Part shown: in pieces, positions 1-53,213 of the stretch
Layout: every line of letters starts with the position of its first letter
Position numbering within the stretch: position 1 is the first letter of the stretch
NCBI RefSeq assembly: GCF_036321535.1
Contig: NC_087437.1
Span: forward strand, 29,948,001-30,012,000
DNA: 64,000 nucleotides
Origin: Camelus dromedarius
Taxonomy: Eukaryota
Direction of reading: 5' to 3'
Position numbers and translations under genes: made by a program
The notes under the pieces: generated by a model
Told to the model about the DNA's origin: nothing
The model's input: the letters and a program-made list of their open reading frames with translations, nothing else
Database searches by the model: none

Positions 1-1640
1 AAAATCTAGGTGCTCTTGGGTTTGGAGATGACTTTTCAAATATAACAGCAAAGACATGATCGATGAAAAAAAATTGATAAATTGAACTTCATTAAAAGAT
101 AGGAGAATAAAATAGACAATCCACAGAGGAGAAGGAAATCTTGCAAAATGTATCTGATAACAGGATCAGCATCCACAATATACAAAGAACTTTTAAAACT
201 CAGTAATTAGAAAACAAACAACCCAGTTAAATCACCAAGGAACTACTCTATTAAATGAAAGCTCTGCCAAAATGAATTTTATTTCCCACCAAGCTGCCTT
301 CATTGTGTGAAGGTAACATATTCTGCACGGACTCAGAAATATATCATTCATTGTCTTAAAAAATTACTTGAAAAAAATTACTTGAAAATTCATACCAGAC
401 CATCAAGACATGAATCACATCCTACCTAGAAAATGGGCAGTCACAGTTTAAAAGACGTTCCCTTACTCTGCAGGCCCGGTGGGACCCTGACATCTGTGGG
501 AAAGGCCGGCTCTGCGGCGCTTCCACTTCAGCCGTCCTCCTTCGCCCCCACGCCTTTACACTGAGGTGTTTTCGCTCATGCCCTGCTGTTCCCCTCATGG
601 CGGATGTGCAGCACCTTGGCATCATGACCACCTAGAACTGGTGCTATTTATTCCCTTCTGGCACTTGATAGCAGTGGCTTAACACTTTAGCCAACTGAAC
701 TAGCCAACTGAAGAGTGGCACATTTTGCCATTTTCTAATCAATGAACTTACGATTTTCTGCACCTCTAAAATTCATAAAGAATAATCCCCTCTCTAATCA
801 GATAAATCCTGGAAGTCCCAACTACTTGATACAAGGCGGAAAATCACAACATATAAGTAAGTATACGACCAAGGAAGACAGCAAGTAAGCACATGAATAC
901 ACTCATCACTGATCATTACAGAAATACAACATAGAACCACAGTGAGCAATGACTCCACATCCACTAAAGGCCAAACTTAAACAACAAAAAATACCAAAGT
1001 AGGGGTGAGAACCTGAAACCCTTGAGACCATAATATATTGAGGATAGGTATTTAAAATGGTACACCCACTCTGGAAATCAGTTTGGCAATTTCTCATAAA
1101 GTTAAACACACTTACAATGACAACAACCCTAATCATAGGTACTTACCCAAGAGAAAAGTAAACATCTATCTACACATAGACCTGTGTACACAAGTTCATA
1201 GTAGCTTTATTTATAATAACAAAAAACCTGAAAATAACTCAAATGCCCACCAACCGGTGAACGGGAAAACTAGCTGTGGTGTAACCATACAATGCAGTAC
1301 TACTCAACAAAAAACGAACTGCTGACACAGGTAGCAACGTGTACATCTCAAAAGCATTATGTTAGTGAAAGAAGCTGGACACGAAAGACTGCATATGGTT
1401 CCATTTATCCAAAATTCTACAAAAGGCAAAACTAGTGATCAAAAGCAGATCAACAGTTGCCAGTGGGTGGAAGAGGGAGCAGAGGACTGACTGCAAAGGG
1501 AAACAAGGGACATTTTTAGGTGATAAGAATGTTCTGTATCAGGATTGTGATGGTAGCAATGACATGACTATATATTTGACAAAATTCATAGAATTATACA
1601 CTATAAATTGGATACTTATATATAAAACAGCATCTTAAAG
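1..1640 (+). mobile_element. Old L1 (L1M-type) ORF2 3' end and 3' UTR fragment, interrupted at 243-867
   Basis: Degenerate L1 motifs (ttgataaattgaacttcattaaaa, aaacaacccagttaaa, aagcacatgaa, ggcaatttctcataaagttaaac). Confidence 0.8.
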
Positions 1641-3049
1641 CTTATTAAAAGTATGTAACAGTGGTAACATGTTTTTTTTTATTATGTAGTATTTCCAAAT
1701 ATTCTACAATGAGCATGTACTGTTTCTAATTCAGAAAATGCCACATAAAACTAATGAGCATATTATAAATATATGGTTATACCACATGATCACAATTACT
1801 TAAAAATAAACATACATAAACTCAGAGCTAAAAGAGGGGAATGAAAATTACCATTTACTTTGGGTAATGGAGTAATAAATAAATTCCTCCTACACTTTTC
1901 TAGGATTTCTAGCTTTTAGGGTGGATTTTGTTTTAAAAATGAAGAAGGGAAAATCACTTGCAATAATTGGTATATGTATACCTAAAGCTTTTGCCTAAGT
2001 TAATGAATTAAGGTGTCACATGAACTTACCTTTCAAAGACATTTTTTAAAGATTATTCAGTGGATATTTTATTGCTTTCGTTTTTTTCCCCCATAAGGTT
2101 CTGTTTCAGGGTTATTTTCTCAGGAGTCGTCCTTGGTATCAGAATGGTGAGGCAAATAGATTTTTCTTCTTAATGTCTTATTCTTTAAAACTACCGAATA
2201 ACAAAGAGTTCTCAGACAGGGAATACATTTTTCACTAACACCCTATTCTGTAAACAAAAGAAACAACATAAATAGCACCTTCAGTTAAAATTTCCATCCT
2301 GATTAGCTGTACAGAAGACATAAATTGAGGGTGATAATAACTGCTTTAATCTCTCTGAGTAGCTCATCCATTAAACAATTATTCAGGAACAGTTTCCCCA
2401 TTTATGGAGATTAAATACTGGTTTGTGAACACAGAACAAATTAACTAGTAATTTGTTTTTATAGATTCTTTAAATGCTTTCTGCCAAAACTGTTTTGGCT
2501 GACGCACTGGATTTAAACTGGATAATAAAAGCAAGCCAAAAAAAAAAAAAAACCCAAAAACATAAACATTCTTACAGAACAAATAGGACCTAATGGTCAC
2601 CTTGAGTTTAAGGGCAAAACTAACATGCTACAATATGTACAATGCAAGAAGTCAGTGAGAGAAACCATTTTTAGGATGCTAGCCAAGAAAATGGACTTAG
2701 GACACACAAATACATTCAAAATCTTGGAAGGCGGTGTTAGGTTGACATGCACGCCCAGAAACAGGAGCAGTACCTGAACCAGTGCTGTTCAGACCATTGT
2801 AGCATTAGCCATCAGTCCCAGTCACTGTCTGACTGCCCTTTCCTTTGGCTTCTCTGCACTTACTGGAAGGCACAGTAAGATGTGTAGTTTGAAGGGTGCA
2901 GCAGGATGTGCTTCCTCTGTTTCTTTTTGCAGTTGTCCCAGGACTACAACTTGTACAGCTTTTCTCAGACCTACGGGTCCAACAGTCAGATCACAAAATA
3001 AATGGTAGAAACAGGCCTCAGCAAACAAAACTTGAGCGATAGTATAGGT

Positions 3050-3500
3050 TTCAGTTCATGTGCTTTCTGCCAGGTCTTACAAAAGACTCTACTAAAAGTG
3101 GCTAAAACAGTGATGGATTTATCAAGTCAGAGTGAAGTCCATGCACAGGGCAGTTGTAGAGATGGGTAATTTAGCAGCTCACTGGCGTCATCAAGGACTC
3201 ACCTGCTCACTGGGCCAACCTCGTGATCCTCAGTTGCCTGCAACAGCTCCAAGTGCCAGATTCAGACAAGACAGTGTCCAAAGGAGGAGCGCAGCGTTTC
3301 CTCCTCCAAGTTTCTCTATCAGTGAGGAAAATCTTTCTCAGAGGCCCCTTGCAGAGCTCTTCTCAGCCACCACTGGCCAGGACAGGTTCACATATTCATG
3401 CCTCATCAGCTACTTTTAAGGGGAGTAAGACCATGCGTGACTGGTTCAGAACAATTCGCTTCACACTTGGGGAAGAGGGTCCACATCACTGAGCACAAGG
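3050..3500. mobile_element. Old MaLR LTR (MLT1J/K-like) fragment
   Basis: Resemblance to recalled MLT1 consensus; boundaries approximate. Confidence 0.45.
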
Positions 3501-3721
3501 CCACACAGAGAGGGGACACACGAACAAGCAAGCAGGAAGAGAGGGACAAAATGGCTGTTGTACAGCACCAACAGTATCTGTCAAAATCTAACACAGACGG
3601 CTGAAAACATACAGTCTGTGTCACACTGGCTTCCACTGGCTGAGAGGGTAAAACAGCACTTAGAGCATGGGGGAAAAAGTGTAACATAATGGACTATTAT
3701 TAAAAAAAAATTCCAGAAGCC

Positions 3722-3935
3722 AGTAATAATTTCAATTTGTTGAGTACACAATACATGCCAGACACTAGTCCATGCAACTTTACATATGTTAATATATTCA
3801 ATCCTCACAATTGTTACTTGTATTTTACAGAGGAGGAAAAGAGAAGCCAAATAATTTGCCTAAGACATCTAAGTGACAGAGCTAAAATGTGAACTTTAGG
3901 TAGTCACTAGGCTCCAGACCCATGCTCTCAAGTGC
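3722..3935 (-). mobile_element. MIR SINE
   Basis: aatcctcacaa...attttacagaggaggaaa...ttgcctaag core. Confidence 0.7.
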
Positions 3936-4074
3936 TATCTTACACAAGACAGGGCGATGTAAAAGAGCACAAATATATTCTAAAAAGATAAAAACAAAAA
4001 TCAAATAAACTAAGGGATAGGTAGAGATGCAGAAACCAAGCTAAAAAACTAGCTGAGATTTACACACTGTACAT

Positions 4075-4097
4075 TTTATTAAATACTGGGCTTTATT
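4075..4097 (-). terminator. Tandem AATAAA polyadenylation signals of DHX36 (4092-4097, 4075-4080)
   Basis: Two minus-strand AATAAA about 450 nt after the stop codon, with adjacent UGUA and U-rich downstream sequence. Confidence 0.7.
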
Positions 4098-4540
4098 ACA
4101 ACAAATTAATTTCCTTCTGATAGAAGTTTCATTAAAAAATGTAGATGTGGTCAAATTCTGATTTGACACTGCTTTTTGGCTAACCATTCTTTTTACTGGT
4201 TCTATACTCAGGCATTATGGGTAGAAAGATCAATTTTTTATAACAGAACAAAGGCATTTCTCAAATGGTACAACATTCAAAATATATGAGAAATACTCTC
4301 AAAATGTGGACATGACCACTATAGAGTATATGATCAGAGAATGTATTGTTTTTTATGGCATATTTATAATAGCTACAGATAACACTGTTAACTCATGCAC
4401 ATTAAGTCTTTACTACCTACTGAAAGTTTCTACCTTACACATGAGAATGCATGTCCCAGGGTTTGGCATCTAGCCAAAAGGCAAACCAAGATGGAAAAAT
4501 GGCCGTCAAACTGGGTTTTCAGGCCACCACAGGAAAGCCG

Positions 4541-46824
<42,284 letters not shown>

Positions 46825-47731
46825 TGTCCCAGCGGACTTCAACCCGTGACAACCTGCAACCGCTGGAAATGGCGACCGGGCCCGGAAGCGGGTGCGCGTC
46901 CACTTCCGCTTTGCTTCCGGCGCCCAGCGCGAGGGGGAGGGACATTGAGCGTCACAAGCAGCTATTTCCGGTGACGTCAAGGGCCGCCAGCCCTGTGGGT
47001 CCCGGGATCCGCGCAGGTGAAATCCCTTTTGTTACGCCTTCAGTTGTTTACTTTTGTACCTTTGGAGGGATAGCCAGCAGGTGGCTCGCAGGTTTTCTTT
47101 CCCGATGCCCAACATGTGAGGAAACGGATTTTGGATTTTACTTTCTTATTTCTCCCGATAAGATCCAGAGTTTGCTTCCTTTAGGCCCTGTAAACGTCAT
47201 AGGCACAGTAAGAGAACCTGTGGATCGAATACTTTGTCTCCTAAACTCCCTAAAGGAGTGAAATGAGTGCACTATTTTTCTTTAAATAGCTATGGCATGA
47301 AAACAGCCAAGCACCTGTTTCAAACATGTAATTTAAGTATAGAAATGTCCGTGCCTCTTTTAAAGGATTATTGTTATTTGCTACCTTTATCCAAAAGCTA
47401 AGCTGAGCCTGCCTACCCAAATTCAGTGCATAGCACTTAGGCAATTTAAATGAAACAGCAGTTGAAGATTCCTATGAAGCCATCCATTACTGATTGACCA
47501 GAACACTTTGAATGTCTAGCACACGCTGTTCTAGAATAATCAATTGACTGGGCCATACAGGTTTGAAAGTTTACAAGGGAATATCCAGTTCATTTACACA
47601 TGTAACTGATTTAAAGGTGATAGGGATACTCACTGAACAAGACAAGTATGGCATCAGCTTTCATTTGCTTATAGTCTTGAGAAGATAAAGACTGAAGAAC
47701 AATGTGTTATGAGTTAAGAAAGGAGAGTGCC

Positions 47732-48223
47732 TATAAAGGGGGTCCAGAATATATCTCTATGGCATAAAAATTATTTTGAGCAGAGGCATTTGAGTTCCTG
47801 AAGTCTCTAATCTGCCTAATAGCAGAGTCTCCCAAAACAATTCAGAACCCTATTGTCATAAATCTCTTCCTTCGGAGAGGAACTAGGCAAGATTGACTCT
47901 TACCACTGGAGACTGCAAACCAGCACCACATGTAAAAAGACATTGTAACAAAATTATCATATCTTCCATTTATTCTCATAAGAGCCCATTTATCTTTCCT
48001 AAAAGTCATTTGTTTTCCCATAAATACCTTTCTCCTTCTCCCTGTAAGATGATATATAAGCCCCAAGTTCTAACCTGTGCTTTCAGTCACATTTTTCTGT
48101 GAACTTCCATAGGAATGTGATTAAATGTTTTAGTTGTGATAAATCTGTCTTTTGTCAGTTTAATTTGCAAGTCCCGGAAAACTAAACATAGGAGGGTAGA
48201 GGAAAAGTTCTCTTCACCTAATA
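47732..48223 (+). mobile_element. Solo ERV1-type LTR (MER34-like)
   Basis: ggcataaaaattattttgag start, tatataagcccc TATA, aatctgtcttttgtcagtttaattt...agggtagaggaaaag end. Confidence 0.7.
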
Positions 48224-49158
48224 GCCATGATATGTTATAGCAAAAAGAATTTAATTTTGGAGTCAGGTTAGATCTCTAAAGAATGAGAGGGAAAGCAGTG
48301 ACTTTTGAGATAAGTAGACTCTAGCCAAACTAAGGGGGAGGGAAGACAATTATTACAGGTGGATGTAACAATGTGTATGAAGAAGGATGATAAAACATTG
48401 AAGAGTGAGAAAATTCTACACTGAAATTTAAGCAACTGATAGTGAAGGCCAAAGAGATAGAAAGGAGTCTGATCATGAAAGACCTTATATGCCACAGAAA
48501 GAACAATAATACATTTTAAGTAGGGGAGTGATTACTTTGGCTGCTTTGAGTAGAAAGGAATGGAGGAGGCAAAAGTAGATGTTAAGAGACTGGTTAACAG
48601 GCTGTGATGTAGGGGAGACAAAATGGGATGACAGAGTAAGATAGGATACGGGAAGGGCTGGAGTTAAAAGATATCAGGAGATAAAAATTGTCAAGATTTG
48701 ATGGTTCACTGGATGTGAAGAATTAGAGGGAAGGGTCAAATGATTTCCGAGTTTAAAATCTGAAAGATGACCAAATGGGAAAGTACCATATCCTGAGATG
48801 AGGAACATAGGATGAGAAGGATTGGTGGGGGGGGGGGGGAGATTTGGGAAGAGGGTTGAGTTAATGTATTTAATTAATACTTGTAGAGTTTGAGACATGT
48901 ATGAAACATACAAATTGAGATGTCTAGAAAGCAGTTGGTTATATGAGTCAAAGTTGCAGAGAGCAGACTGAAATACATTTGGGAATTTTTGGCAAATATT
49001 AAGATAAGTATTAAGATGAATAGTTCCAACAAATGTACCCATTGGGCGCACCTGATATGACAAGTATGTGAATTATTCAGTAAGTAAGACTGAGTAGTCA
49101 TACTGGAGTTGGTAGGGGGAAATGAGAAGGGAATATTGTGGACTGTTGGGTGAGAAGA

Positions 49159-49533
49159 TGTAATAGACTGAATGTGTCCCCTCAAAAACCATATGTTGAA
49201 GCCCTAAGCCCCAATGTGGCTGTATTTGGAGATGGTTCCGTAAGGAAGTAATTAAATGAGGTCATAAAGGTGGGGCCCTAATCCAATAGGAGCAGTGTCC
49301 TTAAAAGAAAAGACACCAGAGAGCTCACTCTCTCTTTCCTCAGAAGAAAGGCCATCTGAGGACAGAGATTGTCTACAAGCCAGGAAGAGAGCTCTTACCA
49401 GGAGCCAAATCAGTCAGCACCGTGATCTTGGATTTCCCTGCCCCCAGAAACTTGAGAATAAATTTCTGTTCTTTATGCCGCTGAGGCTTAAGCCTGCAGT
49501 ATTTTTTTACGGCAGCCTAAGCAGACTAGTACA
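49159..49533 (+). mobile_element. MaLR solo LTR (MLT1A-like)
   Basis: TG...CA termini; gactgaatgtgtcccc, aataaatttctgttctttatgcc. Confidence 0.8.
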
Positions 49534-49611
49534 GAGAGTAAGGCGGAGAAGAGAACTAGCATTTATTCGTCACTTAGTATTTGCTAGGTAGCGGGTTAGG
49601 TGATTCACATT

Positions 49612-50095
49612 TGTAGTCAGCAGAATAATGACCCCCAAAGATGTTCATGTCTTAATCCCTGGAACCTGTGAATATGTTACATTACATGACCAAGAGAAAC
49701 TAAGTTTGCTGATCAACTGACCTTAAAATGAGGACATTATCCTGGATTATCTGGATGGGTCCCATGTAAGGGTCCTTCAAAGTGCAAAAGGGAGACAGAA
49801 AAGTTTATAAAGGTGTGTTATAAGGACTCAACCAACTTTTGTTGACTTTGAAGATGGAGGAAGGGGGCCATAAACCAAGGAATTCAGGTAGTCTCTTGAA
49901 CTGGCAAAAAAAATGGATTCTCCCCTAGAGCCTCAGAAAGGAACACACCCTGCCAACCCCTTGATCCTTGATTTTAGCCCACTAAGGATCCTTTTCAAAA
50001 ATTGTACACTAAAGAATTGTAAGGTAGTAAATTTGTGTTAGTTAAGACTGTTTTGCAGTAATTCATTGTGGCAGCAACAGGCAAGCAACTAAATT
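49612..50095 (+). mobile_element. MaLR solo LTR (MLT1D-like)
   Basis: cagaataatgacccccaaagatg...aatccctggaacctgtgaatatgttac, ggattctcccctagagcctc. Confidence 0.8.
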
Positions 50096-50727
50096 CTATA
50101 TTGCACACAATCCTCATGACAATCCCAGACAGAGAGGTAGTGGTATCTCAATTTTTTTGTAAATTGTATTGTTTCTCTTAACCTTATTTTTGTTGATCCT
50201 AAACAGAATCTTAGTCATAAATTTAAAATTACTAATTTTTCCTAACTCCTTCAGCATGAAGTAGTATGGAATTGCTTGAGGCTATTGCTTTAGGCAGACG
50301 TTTTAGAACAAATGTCACTGTAGTCAAAACCTGCACAAGGAAGATTTTTCAAAGAAAGATTAGAAAAATACTGGTATGAAGAAAAGTGTCAGTTGTTACT
50401 TGGGTTTTGGCTTTTTCCCCTGCCTTGGTAGGAATCACAAGAGGAGAAAGTCTCAGCTGGTAAGGAACACTCATTTAACTGCTGTTGCTTCTACTCAACT
50501 CTGCCTTCCAAATCCTGTGCAAATGTCTCTTATTGGCAGTTGCTAAATCTGAATCTTGCTGTCAGCAGAGACTGGAACATATAGTTTTCAGTCTTATAGT
50601 TTCAGTAATACATGGAGGACTTTAGAAACATTGAGATATTCCAGAGTGTTAACAGAAAATAGATGCCAGAGGTAATTTTCTCCCCTAAAGTTACAGATTC
50701 TATAGATAGACATTTGAGAAATGTGTA

Positions 50728-50854
50728 GGGGGTGAAGGTGTAGCTCAGTGGTAGAGCGCATGCTTAGCACGCATAAGGTCCTGGGTTCAATCCCCAGTAT
50801 CTCCTATAAACATAAATAAATAAATAAACCTAATCATCCCCTCCTCCCCAAAAT
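50728..50854 (+). mobile_element. Vic-1-type tRNA-Ala-derived SINE with intact A and B boxes
   Basis: GTAGCTCAGTGGTAGAGCGCATGCTTAGC...GGTTCAATCCCCAG, (TAAA)n tail, TSD AGAAATGTG at 50717-50725 and 50855-50863. Confidence 0.9.
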
Positions 50855-51518
50855 AGAAATGTGAACTTTTTTTAGTTACTTAGGAAATCGTCTTTATTTA
50901 CTGAATTGGAATACAATTTTGTCACCATCTCTGCTGCTAACCCTAGTCCTAGCCAACATCATCTCTAACCCAGACTATTAAGATAGCTTCCTGACTGTTC
51001 TTTCTCTAATCATGTTTGTTCCTGTACAGTCTTTCCCCACTGACAGCAGTGATTTTGAAATCAGATATGTCACTGCTTTGTTGAACCCTCCAATGGCTTT
51101 CCTCCTCATTTAGATAAGGTCCCATCCCTGGTCTACAAGGCCCAAATGATATACCTCTTCCTGCCCTTATCTGGTTATCTTTATCTCCATCCACTTTTCT
51201 CCCCCTCATTCATCTGCATTCACATTGATCTCCCTGATGGTTTCACAGAATACAAAAGGCACACTCACACTTCTGGAATCCTGCTCTTCCCTTTGCTGGG
51301 ACTGATTTCCCTAAATAATTACACAGCATGTTTCCTCACTATTTGAGTCTTTAATGAACTGTTACCTTATCAGTGCAACCTTACTGACTAAAGTACTTGA
51401 AAAAGCACTCCTTCCATCTTTATCCCTTTATTCTAATTCTTCTTAGCATTTTTATTACCTTTGGTACCTATTTACTGTCAGAATACTTAGCATTATATGC
51501 GTGTGTTTGTGTGTGTAA

Positions 51519-52160
51519 ATGTATAGTGAAGAACTTAATTCCATCCAAAGAGAGGGCTGGCCTTTGCCCTTCCAAGGAGGTCATCTGTAAACCCTTGGAA
51601 TATCACTCCTGATTGGAGTGACTTTGTTTGTCTGGGGGCCTTGGACCATCCAGATAGTAACAGTATGACTTAGGATGGAGGCTTTGACTTACTCATTCCA
51701 TATTAGCTTGACCTCCTGAGGAGCTGGAAATTCTTGTGAGCAGTCCGCCATGCCTCCCCTACTCCTACCATGGCGGAGCGCCTTTGATGACTGGACACCG
51801 AGACTCAGATGAGCTTCCTTGTTGGCAGTACTCCATGTGTGTGGTCACACATGGATGCCAGGAAAGTAACGCTGTCCATGACTCCTTGGGGAGAGGAAAA
51901 CAGAAGCTCCACTTTTGGGCTTTTTGTGGATTCTGCTGTGTGTGCTTCTTCCCTTGGATGATTTTGATCTATATTCTTTTCTTGTAAAACACCACAAGTG
52001 TGAGTATACAGCTATCAGTGAGTTCTGTGAGTCCTTCTAGTGAATTATTAAAACTGATAGTGGTTTGGGGAACACCCTGAACTTGCAATTGATGTCAGAA
52101 GTGAGGGAAGTCTAGTGTGGGCTGTGTGCTCCACATTTGCAGCTGGCTCAAGCTCACAGT
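51519..52160 (+). mobile_element. LTR (MER21C-like)
   Basis: gagttctgtgagtccttctagtgaatta...gaacttgcaattgatgtcagaagtgaggg. Confidence 0.75.
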
Positions 52161-52631
52161 ATATATATTTGTTTTGGTTTTGTTTGTGCTTATAATCCTA
52201 AGTACCTAGAACAATTTTTAGCATGAAATAGGCATTTGTTAAGTATTATGATGAATAAATGAATGAAAGTAGCGAAATAGTATAAGAAATTAAGAGAAAA
52301 TCTATTTATGAAATCCAATACTACAGAACTATATTGAGAAAAAACTTCCAAATAACATGTAACCAAGTCTCTTTTTTTTTTTTTAATTATATTCTAAGTA
52401 ATATTGTGATGTTTTCTGTCTGCAAAATGGTTGCCTCTGTCAGTCACAACTCTTGGAAATCTTTGGGATTATACAGTATGTGTTTATATTATTGGGGGAT
52501 TTTAGGGATTATGCCTTTTCAGTTTATAGAAGCCACCACCAGATGGTGATATTTTTATGAGATAACAAGTAGTTTTTGTCTTTGGTACATCAATTTATAA
52601 AGAAAAGAGATAAACTATGTGAAATAGAGTA

Positions 52632-52637
52632 TTTATT
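52632..52637 (-). terminator. Likely distal polyA signal of GPR149 (about 2.6 kb 3' UTR)
   Basis: AATAAA followed by a U-rich tract, near the end of the largely repeat-free segment downstream of the stop. Confidence 0.5.
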
Positions 52638-53119
52638 AATAATAAGGACAGTATAACAATGCAAGGGTAAGATATTTAAATATAACATGAGATGTCTATA
52701 AGGGTATTTCCTACACCAGAAGTACATTTTTATAATCATAATCACACTGCGAGTAAGTAGACTTTATACTGAAGTAGCCGACCCTTCCCCTCTCTTAGCA
52801 GGGATTGGGAGGAGTCATTCATGCTTAGCCATAGCCCTCTGTAGATTTTTCTTGTAGATCCAATTACTGTTGGCTTGGAGTTTGAAGCGTTACAGGTTAG
52901 TAATGTGATGCTGATTAGCCTCTTAATCTATGGCTTTGGCGAAATAATCCTGGTATTGCATCAATGTAGCAGAACTTCTAAGTGTATCCATTATATAGTT
53001 AATTCAGCAACCCAGGGCAATTAAATGCTAATATCCTAGGTTGTTTTTTTTTTTTGTATTTTGTTTTCAGTTTCTCCAGCATAGGCCCAAGTCCGGTGAA
53101 AAGAAAACAGAACACAGGG

Positions 53120-53213
53120 ATATATATATTATATAAATATATATATATTATATAATATACATATATATATACTTTATATAATATACATATATATATACAA
53201 ATATACATATATA
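53120..53213. repeat. Imperfect (TA)n tract in the presumed GPR149 3' UTR
   Basis: Read directly. Confidence 0.9.

Noticed and set aside
422..631. 69-aa ORF, and an ACCTAGAA 8-bp direct repeat (424-431, 630-637) around the GC-rich core
   Set aside because: No recognisable protein and a non-ATG start; the 8-mer has no tail or TIR support and could be chance.
46825..46980. 52-codon in-frame N-terminal extension of DHX36 from a TTG
   Set aside because: Open frame is expected in GC-rich promoter DNA; it spans the promoter motifs, and the recognised protein starts at MSYDYHQ.
50738..50805. Apparent tRNA-Ala(AGC) gene
   Set aside because: It has a TSD, a (TAAA)n tail, an imperfect acceptor stem and decayed sibling copies, so it is a SINE head rather than a bona fide tRNA gene.
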